Positions 49,065-59,300 of a stretch of 64,000 bases of DNA are shown one piece after another. A program made the translations under genes and the position numbers. Positions within the stretch are counted from its first letter, which is position 1. Each line of letters starts with the position of its first letter. Source of the stretch: Alphaproteobacteria bacterium UBA998 (lineage in GTDB: Bacteria > Pseudomonadota > Alphaproteobacteria > Rickettsiales > UBA998); contig DBAY01000030.1 of the NCBI GenBank assembly GCA_002291925.1, positions 2,895 to 66,894 of the forward strand, given 5' to 3'. The notes under the pieces were generated by a model that searched no databases, was not told where the DNA came from, and saw nothing but the letters and a program-made list of their open reading frames with translations.

Positions 49065-49700
49065 TTATTCTTGAAGTTGAGGGTTCGCGTCGAAGGCAAC
49101 GGCGTCGCGAATGTCCTGCACCATACTGTCGAATTCGGCTTTTTCAAGCGCGCCGGGCACCTCGGCGATGGGTTTTCCGTGATGGAACACCGCGAGGAAC
49201 GGAATGCCGCCCTGAAAACGCAGGCCCTGCGCCTCCATGCCGCGGATGAAATCCATCTGCGCGAACGGGTCGGCGATGATGGCATGGCCCACATGCACCG
49301 GCTGCTGGGCGGCGAGGTAGTTCCGCAGGGCCGCGCGGTCGCGGTCAGTGGAGATGGCGAGGAAGCGCATGTCATCCGACCGCGCCGCCTCGGCGTTGAA
49401 CAGCGGGAACATCTTATGGCAGTAGGGGCACCACGAGGTGTAAACGAAGAGCAGCAAGGGCTTCTCATCCGTGGCGGCGATGTCGGCGGCCAGTTGCGCC
49501 GGGGCATAATCGGTGAGCGTGATGGCGCGGCCTTCCTCCGTCAGCACGGCGGGGGGACGCTGATTGGGATGTTTCTGCGCGGCGAGCTCGTCCTTCAACG
49601 CCCAGCTCATGATGCCCAGCGCCAGCAGAAAGACCAGCACCAGCCGGCTGAAGATCGGCATGGCCCGTGCGCCGGGCGGAGGGGTGGGTGTGTCACTCAT
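49065..49700 (-). CDS. TlpA-like membrane-anchored thioredoxin-fold protein
   Basis: TM anchor [20 protein letters not shown] and redox motif WCPYC in [18 protein letters not shown]. Confidence 0.75.
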   Translation of the reverse strand: MSDTPTPPPGARAMPIFSRLVLVFLLALGIMSWALKDELAAQKHPNQRPPAVLTEEGRAITLTDYAPAQLAADIAATDEKPLLLFVYTSWCPYCHKMFPLFNAEAARSDDMRFLAISTDRDRAALRNYLAAQQPVHVGHAIIADPFAQMDFIRGMEAQGLRFQGGIPFLAVFHHGKPIAEVPGALEKAEFDSMVQDIRDAVAFDANPQLQE

Positions 49701-49806
49701 AGGATTCTCATAGCGCAATTGATGTGCAGAAAGAAAGCACTGTCTGTTGCGGGGGGCGGAGCGGGCCGTTATAAGGGCGCCAGTTATGCAAGCTCTGGAG
49801 CCTTCC

Positions 49807-51021
49807 ATGTCCTCTCGCCCCGTCAAGAAAGTCGTGCTCGCCTATTCCGGCGGGCTGGATACGTCCGTGATCCTGCGCTGGCTACAGGATGCGTATGGCT
49901 GCGAAGTGGTGACCTTCACGGCGGATCTCGGGCAGGGGGAGGAGGTGGAACCAGCAAGCGCCAAGGCGGAAATGCTGGGCGTGAAGGAGATCTTCATCGA
50001 GGACGTGCAGGAAGAGTTCGTACGCGATTACGTGTTCCCCATGTTCCGCGCCAATACGCTCTATGAGGGGACGTACCTGCTCGGCACGTCCATCGCACGG
50101 CCGCTGATTGCGAAGAAGCAGATCGAGATTGCGCGCAAGGTGGGGGCGGATGCCGTGGCCCATGGCGCGACCGGCAAGGGCAATGACCAGGTGCGCTTTG
50201 AGCTGGGTTATTACGCGCTCCAGCCCGATATCCGCGTGATTGCGCCGTGGCGGGAGTGGGATCTGAACTCACGCACCAGGCTGATTGAGTATGCCAAGGA
50301 ACACCAGATTCCGGTCGCCAAGGACAAGGAGGGCGAAGCGCCCTATTCCATGGACGCCAACCTCCTGCACATTTCGTACGAAGGCAAAGCACTGGAAGAC
50401 CCGTGGGTAGGGCCGGACGAATCCATGTTCCGCCGCACGGTTGCCATTGAAAAGGCGCCGGAATCTGGCGAGACGATTGAGATTGAGTTCGAGCACGGCG
50501 ACGCGGTGGCGGTGAATGGCGTGAAGCTTTCGCCCGCCAAGTTGCTGGCAAAGCTCAATGAACTTGGTGGAAAGCATGGCGTGGGGCGGCTCGACCTTGT
50601 GGAGAACCGCTATGTTGGTATGAAATCGCGCGGGGTTTATGAAACGCCGGGCGGCACAGTGCTGCTGCATGCCCACCGGGCGATTGAGTCCATCACGCTC
50701 GACCGCGAGGCCGGGCACCTGAAGGATAGCCTGATGCCGCGCTATGCCTCCTTGATTTATAACGGTTTCTGGTTCTCTCCGGAGCGGCATATGCTGCAGG
50801 CGCTGATCGATAAATCGCAGGAAAACGTCACCGGCACCGTCCGGCTGCGCTTGCAAAAGGGCAATGTGATCGTGGAAGGCCGCAAAGCGCCGAGATCGCT
50901 GTATTCCATGGCCCACGTGACGTTTGAGGAAGACGCCGTCTATAACCAGCAGGACGCGGCTGGTTTCATTAAACTCAATGCCTTGCGGCTGCGTCTGGGG
51001 GCCAAGGCGGGTAGCCTGTAA
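49807..51021 (+). CDS. argG: Argininosuccinate synthase
   Basis: [30 protein letters not shown] and [24 protein letters not shown] motifs. Confidence 0.97.
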   Translation: MSSRPVKKVVLAYSGGLDTSVILRWLQDAYGCEVVTFTADLGQGEEVEPASAKAEMLGVKEIFIEDVQEEFVRDYVFPMFRANTLYEGTYLLGTSIARPLIAKKQIEIARKVGADAVAHGATGKGNDQVRFELGYYALQPDIRVIAPWREWDLNSRTRLIEYAKEHQIPVAKDKEGEAPYSMDANLLHISYEGKALEDPWVGPDESMFRRTVAIEKAPESGETIEIEFEHGDAVAVNGVKLSPAKLLAKLNELGGKHGVGRLDLVENRYVGMKSRGVYETPGGTVLLHAHRAIESITLDREAGHLKDSLMPRYASLIYNGFWFSPERHMLQALIDKSQENVTGTVRLRLQKGNVIVEGRKAPRSLYSMAHVTFEEDAVYNQQDAAGFIKLNALRLRLGAKAGSL

Positions 51022-51024
51022 ACC

Positions 51025-51039
51025 TTAACGATAAATTAA
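51025..51039. promoter_or_regulatory. CtrA-box-like motif TTAA-N7-TTAA
   Basis: TTAACGATAAATTAA lies in the AT-rich spacer 118 nt upstream of ORF 51157. Confidence 0.25.
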
Positions 51040-51156
51040 TACGCTTCTGTTACAGTTTGATGAAAGTTAAGCTGTTTTCAAGTAAAGATTATTGCTTTGT
51101 TACGTGCTGATTCATTATCTTACAGATAGTCAAAAAGCGCACAGCAGGAGTGCCTG

Positions 51157-51789
51157 ATGAACCTTTGGGAAGAAGAAAAAGCTGAATCGAATGGTTTTTA
51201 CGGTTCCTCGGCCCCGGCCAATGCACCTGAGGCATCCAGTCCGGTTGATAGCTATGGTGGCACGGATGCTGGGCAGATGATGGCTACCGACGTGCAGAAT
51301 CATTCTCACACGGGCCCGAAACTGAACCAACAAGAACTCGCCATGATGCAGGACCGCATCAATCAGCTGGTCGCGGATGGCCGTGATCCCTCTGATATTC
51401 CGGGGCAGTTCCCTGGCGTGGATCACAATCTGGTCACGCAAATGGTGGAGCGCGCGCAGACGCAGCAGGATTTCAATCCTTTCGATAATATGCCCGGTAG
51501 CAAGCAGCAGGCCCCAGATCAGCAACAACAGGGACAGGGTTTCTTCGGCGGGATGTTTGTAGGATTGGCGGGGGCCAGTGCTGCGATGTCAAATGCGCTG
51601 GGATCTGCAGGATCCATGATTACAGGGATTACCAGCCGCCTGTTTGACCGTCCTGATCCGGCAATAACGGACATGCGCGATTTCGGTAGGGGAACAGCCA
51701 ACTTTGACTCCATGCTCGCCGAGGGCAACAGCCAATACGTCGTGACTGGCATGGGTAAGCAGCGTGCGCAAGGCATCGAGATTACCTGA
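51157..51789 (+). CDS. Hypothetical Q/G/S-rich protein (210 aa)
   Basis: Open frame with plausible composition. Low-complexity Q-rich stretch (KQQAPDQQQQGQG) followed by a glycine-zipper-like hydrophobic segment FFGGMFVGLAGASAAMSNALGSAGSMITGI. I recognise no family. Confidence 0.5.
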   Translation: MNLWEEEKAESNGFYGSSAPANAPEASSPVDSYGGTDAGQMMATDVQNHSHTGPKLNQQELAMMQDRINQLVADGRDPSDIPGQFPGVDHNLVTQMVERAQTQQDFNPFDNMPGSKQQAPDQQQQGQGFFGGMFVGLAGASAAMSNALGSAGSMITGITSRLFDRPDPAITDMRDFGRGTANFDSMLAEGNSQYVVTGMGKQRAQGIEIT

Positions 51790-51857
51790 CATCCTCGATT
51801 CTTGCCTATCGGTGATCGTTTCATTATGACTAAGCCCTGTTCACCAGCAGGGTTCTC

Positions 51858-53150
51858 ATGCGCCTTTCTCAATATTTTCTTCCTCTTCTCAAGGAAAACC
51901 CGGCGGAGGCGTCCATTGTGTCGCACCGCTACATGCTGCGCGCGGGGATGATTCGCCAGCAGGCGGCGGGTATTTATACATGGCTGCCGCTTGGCTTGCG
52001 CGTGCTGGACAAGGTAGAGGCCATCGTCGCCGATGAGCTCGACAAGGCTGGCTGCGTGCGCGTGCTGATGCCAACGCTGCAGCCCACGGAACTCTGGAAG
52101 GAATCCGGCCGCTATGACGCGCTGGGAAAGGAAATGCTGCGCTTTCATGACCGCGCCGAGCGGGAGCTGCTCTACAGTCCCACCTGTGAGGAGATGATCA
52201 TCGACAATTTCCGTGCCTATGTGCGCAGCTACAAGGCGCTGCCGCTGAACCTCTACCAGATTCAGTGGAAGTTCCGCGATGAAATCCGCCCCCGTTTCGG
52301 CGTGATGCGCGGCCGCGAGTTCCTGATGAAGGACGGCTATTCCTTCCACGTCTCACTGGACGACGCCAAGCGAGAATATAGTAGCATGTACGATGCCTAT
52401 CACCGCATTTTCGCCCGCATGGGCCTGACCGCGATTGCCGTCTCCGCCGATTCCGGTGCCATCGGTGGCTCGCTCAGCCACGAATTCCAGGTGCTGGCCG
52501 AAACCGGCGAGAGCCAGGTCTATTACGATGCCACGTTTGATGACATCCGCGCCGGCAAGGTGCAGATGACCGGCGAGCAGATGCGTGACCTCTACGCCGC
52601 CGCTGATGAGCTGCACGTGCCTGAGAAATGCCCGCTGCCGGAAGAGAAGCTCCGCACCGCACGCGGCATTGAGGTGGGCCATATCTTCCTGCTTGGCCGC
52701 AAATATACGGACGCGATGGGCATCGATGTTGACGGCCCGGACGGCAAGCCGCTGCGTGTGGAGATGGGTACTTACGGCATCGGCGTCTCGCGCCTGCTGG
52801 GCGCCATCATTGAAGCCAGCCATGACGAGGCGGGCATCATCTGGCCGGAATCCGTCGCGCCGTTCAAGGTGGGGCTGGTGAACATCCGCGTCGGTGACGC
52901 GGCCTGTGATGCGCAGGCGAACAGCGTCTATGATGCACTCACCGCCAAGGGTGTCGAGGTGCTTTATGACGACACCGACGAGCGCGCCGGGGCAAAGTTC
53001 TCCACGATGGACCTTATCGGTTTGCCCTGGCAGGTCATCATCGGCCCGAAGAATGCGGCGGAGGGCAAGGTGGAGCTGAAGCATCGCCAAACGGGTGAGC
53101 GTGAACTCGTCGATCTTAACCGCGCATTGAGCATATTGACGGGCAAGTGA
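51858..53150 (+). CDS. proS: Proline--tRNA ligase (short type without the editing insertion)
   Basis: [55 protein letters not shown] and [10 protein letters not shown] motifs. Confidence 0.95.
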   Translation: MRLSQYFLPLLKENPAEASIVSHRYMLRAGMIRQQAAGIYTWLPLGLRVLDKVEAIVADELDKAGCVRVLMPTLQPTELWKESGRYDALGKEMLRFHDRAERELLYSPTCEEMIIDNFRAYVRSYKALPLNLYQIQWKFRDEIRPRFGVMRGREFLMKDGYSFHVSLDDAKREYSSMYDAYHRIFARMGLTAIAVSADSGAIGGSLSHEFQVLAETGESQVYYDATFDDIRAGKVQMTGEQMRDLYAAADELHVPEKCPLPEEKLRTARGIEVGHIFLLGRKYTDAMGIDVDGPDGKPLRVEMGTYGIGVSRLLGAIIEASHDEAGIIWPESVAPFKVGLVNIRVGDAACDAQANSVYDALTAKGVEVLYDDTDERAGAKFSTMDLIGLPWQVIIGPKNAAEGKVELKHRQTGERELVDLNRALSILTGK

Positions 53151-53159
53151 TGAAAACTC

Positions 53160-53232
53160 GTCATTTCGAGGAGCGAAGCGACAAAGCAATCCAGAACCGT
53201 TTGCTGGATTGCTTCGCTGCGCTCGCCATGAC
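53160..53232. repeat. Palindromic element family A filling the proS-lolE spacer
   Basis: gtcatttcgaggagcgaagcgacaaagcaatccag...ctggattgcttcgctgcgctcgccatgac. It ends 2 nt before the lolE ATG. Confidence 0.9.
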
Positions 53233-53234
53233 AT

Positions 53235-54506
53235 ATGTTTAATTACCCCGAACGCCTGCTTGCCTTCCGCTACATGCGCGCCAAGCGCCGGGAGGGGTTT
53301 GTGTCCATCATCACGGCGTTTTCGGTGCTGGGCATTACGCTTGGCGTGGCGACACTGATTCTAGTGACGTCACTGATGAACGGCATCCGCGAGGAGATGA
53401 CGGCGAACTTCGTCGGGGTGGATGGGCACATCACCATTTACGGCGCGTCGCGTTACCTGATGGGCAGCCAGCATCTGCTGACGGAAATCGAGGGCAAATA
53501 TGAGGATGGCGGCGTCATCGCCTCGCTCGCAGAGCGCATCGAGGGGCAGGTAATGGTTTCGGCCAATGGCCGCTCGCTCGGCGCGCAGGTGCTGGGGTTT
53601 CATGATGATTATATCGAGAAGAAGCCCCGCATCGCCGCCAGCCTGTCGAAAGGGGCGCTGGAGGCGTACCGGCAGGGCAGCGGCGTCATCGTCGGCGAGG
53701 GGCTGCTGCGGAATTTGGGGCTGCAGATAGGGCAGCCGATTCAGCTCATCTCGCCTCAGGGGCGGGCGACCATCGCGGGCGTGGTGCCGCGCATCAAGGC
53801 CTATCCGGTGGTGGGCACGTTCAAGCTGGGCATGCACTCCATCGATTCCTCCGTGCTGTTGATGCCGTATGACGAGGCGCGCGTCTATTTCGCGCTGCCG
53901 GAAGTGGAGGGCGGCATTGCCAGCGCGGTGGAGATCACGTTGCAGAATCCCTCTGCGGTGAGCGAAGTGACGGAACAGATTCGCCAGCTGCTTGCAGGCC
54001 AGCCTTACCGCGTGCTGGACTGGCAGGAGACCAACGCCTCCGTTTTCACGGCCTTGCAGGTACAGCAGCGGGTGATGATCGTGATTCTCGCGCTGATCAT
54101 CCTGGTGGCGGCGTTCAACATCATCTCCAGTCTCATCATGCTGGTGCAGGACAAGGCGCGCGAGGTCGCCATCCTGCGCAGCATGGGGGCGACGCGCGGC
54201 ATGGTGCTGCGCATCTTCCTGCTCTCCGGCATGAGCATCGGGCTGATGGGGACGGCCACAGGCGTGGTGCTGGGGCTGCTGGGAGCGGCTTATATCGACT
54301 CTATTCGCCAGTTTATCGAGAAGCTTATCGGCCAGCCAATTCTGATTGAGAATATCTATTTCCTCTCCACCCTGCCCACCAAGACGGACCCGGTGGAAGT
54401 CGCCGCCGTGATTGCGCTCGCCGTGGCGCTTTCGTTTCTTTCCACTCTCTATCCGGCATGGAAGGCGGCTTCCTACCAACCGGCTGAGGCGCTGCGTTAT
54501 GATTAG
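53235..54506 (+). CDS. lolE: Lipoprotein-releasing system permease LolC/LolE
   Basis: FRYMRAKRREGFVSIITAFSVLGITLGVATLI N-terminus, a periplasmic MacB-like domain and a C-terminal FtsX-type 3-TM bundle (VAILRSMGATRG). Confidence 0.9.
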   Translation: MFNYPERLLAFRYMRAKRREGFVSIITAFSVLGITLGVATLILVTSLMNGIREEMTANFVGVDGHITIYGASRYLMGSQHLLTEIEGKYEDGGVIASLAERIEGQVMVSANGRSLGAQVLGFHDDYIEKKPRIAASLSKGALEAYRQGSGVIVGEGLLRNLGLQIGQPIQLISPQGRATIAGVVPRIKAYPVVGTFKLGMHSIDSSVLLMPYDEARVYFALPEVEGGIASAVEITLQNPSAVSEVTEQIRQLLAGQPYRVLDWQETNASVFTALQVQQRVMIVILALIILVAAFNIISSLIMLVQDKAREVAILRSMGATRGMVLRIFLLSGMSIGLMGTATGVVLGLLGAAYIDSIRQFIEKLIGQPILIENIYFLSTLPTKTDPVEVAAVIALAVALSFLSTLYPAWKAASYQPAEALRYD

Positions 54507-54523
54507 TGGTGAGTATTTATTTC

Positions 54524-54596
54524 GTCATTGCGAGCGCAGCGAAGCAATTCAGCGGGCGGGACTGGATGGCCGCGTCGCTTCGCTCCTCGCAATGAC
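54524..54596. repeat. Palindromic element family A in the lolE-lolD spacer
   Basis: gtcattgcgagcgcagcgaagcaattcag...ctggatggccgcgtcgcttcgctcctcgcaatgac. Confidence 0.9.
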
Positions 54597-54608
54597 GGGA
54601 GAAATGCC

Positions 54609-55280
54609 ATGAGCACTATTCTCCAACTCACCGACATCCGTAAAGGCTTCGCGCAGGGCGCGGTGCGGCTGCATATTCTCAATGGCCTGAACCTTGTCAT
54701 CAAGGCGGGCGAGGTGGTGGCGCTGGTGGGGCCGTCGGGCTCGGGCAAGACGACGCTGCTTCAGATTGCCGGCTTGCTGGCGCAGCCGGATGAAGGCAAG
54801 GTGGAAATTCAGGGGCAGGCCTGTGAGAAGCTTGGCGATGCTGCGCGGACAGCCCTGCGTCGCGAGAAAATTGGTTTCGTCTACCAGTTCCATCACCTGC
54901 TGCCCGAACTCTCGGCGAAAGAGAATGTGATGATGCCGCAGCTTATCAGCGGCAAGACGAAGGCGCAGGCTTCTGAGGAAGCGAAACGTCTGCTGGGGCT
55001 GGTGGGCCTTTCCGCGCGTATTTCTCACCGCCCCGCCGAACTCTCCGGCGGCGAACAGCAGCGTGTGGCGATGGCGCGGGCGCTGGCGAATCGTCCGGCG
55101 TTGGTGCTGGCCGATGAGCCGACCGGAAATCTCGACCCAGAAACCAGCGCCCATGTATTCGCCATGTTCCGTGACACCTTGCGTGAAACCCAGTCCGCCG
55201 CACTCATTGTGACGCACAACCATGAGTTGGCCCGCTCCTGCGACAGGCTGTTGCGGCTGGAACAGGGAAAAACTATTTAA
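54609..55280 (+). CDS. lolD: Lipoprotein-releasing system ATP-binding protein LolD
   Basis: Walker A GPSGSGKTTLL, signature LSGGEQQRVAMARAL and Walker B LVLADEPTGNLD. The ORF-track start at 54528 reads through the repeat. Confidence 0.95.
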   Translation: MSTILQLTDIRKGFAQGAVRLHILNGLNLVIKAGEVVALVGPSGSGKTTLLQIAGLLAQPDEGKVEIQGQACEKLGDAARTALRREKIGFVYQFHHLLPELSAKENVMMPQLISGKTKAQASEEAKRLLGLVGLSARISHRPAELSGGEQQRVAMARALANRPALVLADEPTGNLDPETSAHVFAMFRDTLRETQSAALIVTHNHELARSCDRLLRLEQGKTI

Positions 55281-56271
55281 GCGAGGAAGTAAAGCCGTGG
55301 CTGGCTTCTTTGAGATTGTTCCATAACAGGGTATCATCAGAGCGCCGGAGGCTTTGGCCCCACCAGACGATAAATCGTATTCCACTGCGACGTGCTGCTG
55401 TAGTCATGGCCTGCATTTGCGTTAGGCTGGGTAACTGAATCTGCTCAAAAACATCTGGTGTAAGCGCGGGCATATTCTGCGGTGCATAGTGATCCTTGTA
55501 TGAAAAAGCCTGTAGCACAAGAGTATGCTGCTTTTCTCTCAAATGTTTTTGCAACCAGCGTGCATAAACTGTCACTACTTCGTCAGCGTTTTTTGTAGGA
55601 AGACCTGTTTCTGGATCCAAAATTTTTGCTGCCATCCACGGTATTGGGTAAATATCGAAACCGACCAAATCAGAGTAGCGTGAGAATAGTTTCACTTCAC
55701 TTGTATAAGCTTCGCGTACGCTTCTTTCATTTTGCCGATCATGCGTAACAGGCGCGTGAATCATGAGGACGGGCAATGAAGCATCAACCTCTTTGATACG
55801 CTTATAAACTGCTGCGACCTTTTCAATGGGAATCTTGGTATGAATGGGTTCGTCGTAGGTAACGACGGCAAACAGCGTTCTTCTTCCGTAACAGGAAATG
55901 AAATTCCTCAGAGGATCTTCGTCTTTAGGGGGTAAAGGCGCAGAATTCGGATAAAGAAAATGGACCGGCAATAGTAATTTAACGTGATGTTTCCTCATCG
56001 CCTCGATGGCGGTATTTCCTTCTTTGCAAGGAAGGTAAAAATCTTTTTCTAAGCCTAGTGTTTTGACCTCTGGCGCTTCTTCGTACTCAAAAGTTGGATA
56101 AAAAAACTTACCATCCGCATTTGAAACGGACTTAAAGATAAGGTCATAGTTTGCGGTCGACCCCAAGGAATAAGGAACTCCCGCAAACGCTACTCCCTGA
56201 AGATCTGAACAAAAAGCCGGGAGGGCGGGACTTGAAAAGAGAGTAATAAGCAAACAAAAAGGCAGCTTCAT
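55273..56271 (-). CDS. Hypothetical secreted protein, low GC
   Basis: Signal-like N-terminus MKLPFCLLITLFSSPALPAF (ATG at 56271). About 330 aa with an alternating beta/alpha feel (VVTYDEPIH, VLMIHAP, GFDIYPIPW, LVLQAF, RFIVWWG), suggesting a TIM-barrel hydrolase-like fold; this is tentative. The 3' end overlaps lolD by 8 nt. Confidence 0.55.
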   Translation of the reverse strand: MKLPFCLLITLFSSPALPAFCSDLQGVAFAGVPYSLGSTANYDLIFKSVSNADGKFFYPTFEYEEAPEVKTLGLEKDFYLPCKEGNTAIEAMRKHHVKLLLPVHFLYPNSAPLPPKDEDPLRNFISCYGRRTLFAVVTYDEPIHTKIPIEKVAAVYKRIKEVDASLPVLMIHAPVTHDRQNERSVREAYTSEVKLFSRYSDLVGFDIYPIPWMAAKILDPETGLPTKNADEVVTVYARWLQKHLREKQHTLVLQAFSYKDHYAPQNMPALTPDVFEQIQLPSLTQMQAMTTAARRSGIRFIVWWGQSLRRSDDTLLWNNLKEASHGFTSSLK

Positions 56272-56360
56272 TCTTTCCAAATATCAATGCCGCGTTTATA
56301 CAGCAAACAAATCATACTTCCTTCTTGCTCGCTAGTTTCAGCGGCCGCTATATAAGAAGA

Positions 56361-59300
56361 ATGAGTGCCAGCTTTGTCCATTTGCGGGTCCATACCGCCT
56401 ATTCACTGCTTGAAGGGGCGGTGAAGATTCCGGAGCTGATGGCACTGTGCGTGCAGTACCAGATGCCGGCGGTGGCAATCACAGACCGCGATAATCTCTT
56501 CGGCAGCATGGAATTTTCGCAGGAGGCGGCGGGCAAGGGGATTCAGCCGATTGTCGGCTGCCAGTTTTCCATCAAGCCGATCAGCGAGAGCCAGCAGGGG
56601 CGCAATGCGCAGCCGGATCAGCTGCTGCTCTATGCCAAGAATGAGCAGGGCTATGAGAACCTGCTGAAGTTGGGCAGCTTGACTTACCTCGAGCCTGCCG
56701 AGGGCGACGGGCCGCTGCTGACCTATGACACTGTGGCGCAGTATAGCGACGGGCTGTTGGCGCTTTCCGGCGGTCATCTCGGCGGGGTAGGCCGGGCACT
56801 TTGCGGCGGGCGGAAGGACGAGGCGGTGCAGTTGCTGGAACGGCTGCAGGCGATGTTCCCCGACCGGCTCTACATGGAAATCATGCGCCACGGCTTGCCC
56901 GAGGAGCGCAGCTGCGAGGCGGCGATGATCGCGCTGGCGATGGAAAAGAACCTCCCGCTCATCGCCACGAACGATATTTTCTTTCATGGCGGTCGCGAGA
57001 TGTATGAGGCGCATGATGCGCTGCTGTGCATCGCCGAGGGGCGCTACATCTCCGAGGATAACCGGCGCAAGTTGACGCCGGAGCATCGCTTCAAGACGCC
57101 GGAGGAGATGCGGCTGCTGTTCGCCGATTTGCCGGAAGCGGTGGAGAATACGCTGATCTTCGCGCAACGCTGCTGGGCCATGTCCGAGAAGCGCAAGCCG
57201 ATTCTTCCGACGTTTGAGGAACTAAGCCCTCCCTTGCAGGCGGGGGAGGGTTGGGTGGGGGTGCCTCTCGCCGCTGGTGAGCAGAGGATGATGTCCTCAC
57301 CCCCCTCCAACCTCACCCCGCAAGCAGGGGGAGGCTTTAGGGAGTCCGAAGAAGCCATCCTCCGCCGTCGCTCCCGCGAGGGGCTGCAGCACCGGTTGGA
57401 CACGCTCGTCTTCACTGAGGAGATGAGTGAGGAACAGAAGACCGAAGTCGCCAAACCCTACTTCGACCGGCTGGAGTTCGAGCTGAACGTCATCTGCGAG
57501 ATGAAGTTCCCCGGTTACTTCCTCATCGTATCGGACTTCATCACCTGGTCGAAGGAGCAGGGCATCCCGGTGGGGCCGGGGCGCGGCTCCGGGGCGGCGT
57601 CCGTGGTGGCGTGGTCGCTGCTCATTACCGACCTTGACCCGCTGAAATACGGCCTCGTCTTCGAGCGCTTCCTGAACCCGGAACGCGTCTCCATGCCGGA
57701 CTTTGATATCGATTTTTGTCAGGATCGCCGCGACGAAGTGATCCGCTATGTGCAGCAGCGCTACGGGCGCGACAAGGTGGCGCAGATCATCACCTTTGGA
57801 AAGCTGCAGGCCCGCGCCGTGCTGCGCGATGTGGGCCGCGTGCTGCAGATGCCTTATGGGCAGGTGGACAAAATCTGCAAGCTGGTACCCGCCAACCCGG
57901 CCAACCCGGTGACGCTGGAAGAGGCCATCAAGATCGAGCCGCTGTTGCGCCGATACCGCGACGAGGATGAGTCAGTGGCGCGCCTCATCACCATTGCGCT
58001 GAAGCTGGAGGGCCTCTACCGCCACGCCTCCACCCACGCGGCGGGTGTGGTGATCGCCGACCGCCCGCTGGATGCGCTGGTGCCGATGTATCGCGATCCG
58101 CGCTCGGATATGCCGGTGGTGCAATATTCCATGAAATACGCGGAATATGCGGGGCTGGTGAAGTTCGACTTCCTCGGGCTGAAGACGCTCACCGTGCTGC
58201 AGAAGGCGGTGGAGCATGTGGCGAAGCGCGGCATTCACCTCAACCTGCTGAAGCTGCCGCTGGATGACAAGAAAACCTACCGCCTGCTGACCAACGGCGA
58301 TACGATTGGCATCTTCCAGTTCGAATCGGCGGGGATGCGGGACTCGTTGCGCAAGCTGCGGCCGGACAGGCTGGAGGACCTCATCGCGCTTGGCGCTCTC
58401 TACCGCCCGGGCCCGATGGACAACATCCCCAGCTACTGTAACCGCAAGCATGGCAAGGAGAAGCCGGATTACCTCCACCCGCTGCTGGAGCCGGTGCTGA
58501 AGGAGACCTACGGGGTCATCATCTATCAGGAGCAGGTGCAGCAGATCGCGCAGGTGCTGGCAGGCTACACGCTCGGCGGCGCTGACTTGCTGCGCCGAGC
58601 GATGGGCAAGAAGATCAAAGAAGAGATGGCCGCCCAGCGCGCCACCTTCATCGAAGGCGCGGCGAAGAACAATGTGGATGCCAAGAAGGCCGGGGAAATC
58701 TTCGACCTCGTGGACAAGTTCGCGGGCTATGGCTTCAACAAGGCCCACGCGGCGGCTTATGCGCTCATCGGCTACCAGACGGCCTATCTGAAGGCCAATT
58801 ACCCCGTTGAGTTCATCGCCGCGTCGATGACCTACGACATGCACAACACCGACAAGCTCGCCATCTTCGCCGAGGATGCAAAGAAACTTGGCATCTGCGT
58901 GCTCCCGCCGGACATCAATACATCCATCGCGGTGTTCAATGTGGAGACGGATGAAAAAGGCGAGCTGTGCATCCGCTATGCGCTCGGTGCGCTGAAGAAC
59001 GTGGGCGAGGCGGCGATGGCCGCGATGGTGAAGGAGCGCGAGGCGAACGGGCCGTTCAAGGACATCTTCGACTTCGCCAAGCGGGTGGAGCCGTCCATCA
59101 TGAACCGCCGCCAACTCGAGCAGCTTATCAAGGCGGGCGTGTTTGATTCGCTGGAGCCGAACCGTAAGAAACTGTTTGAGTCGATCGACTTGCTCATCGC
59201 CTATTGCCAGAGCGCAGCCGAGGAGAAAAACAGCAACCAGATTTCGCTGTTCGGCGAGGCCTCCGTGCCGCAGCCACTGCCCGCGTTGCCAAACGGCCCG

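Noticed and set aside
48266-50916. ORFs 48266..49249 (+), 49071..50066 (+), 49994..50551 (-) and 50269..50916 (-).
   Set aside because: They are antisense to or overlap ppa, the TlpA-like gene and argG. One runs through a repeat element. None has recognisable motifs.
51519-55385. Minus-strand ORFs opposite proS, lolE and lolD (51519..52349, 52353..53234, 53370..54479, 54549..55385).
   Set aside because: Antisense shadows of well-supported genes. Several start or end inside palindromic repeats.
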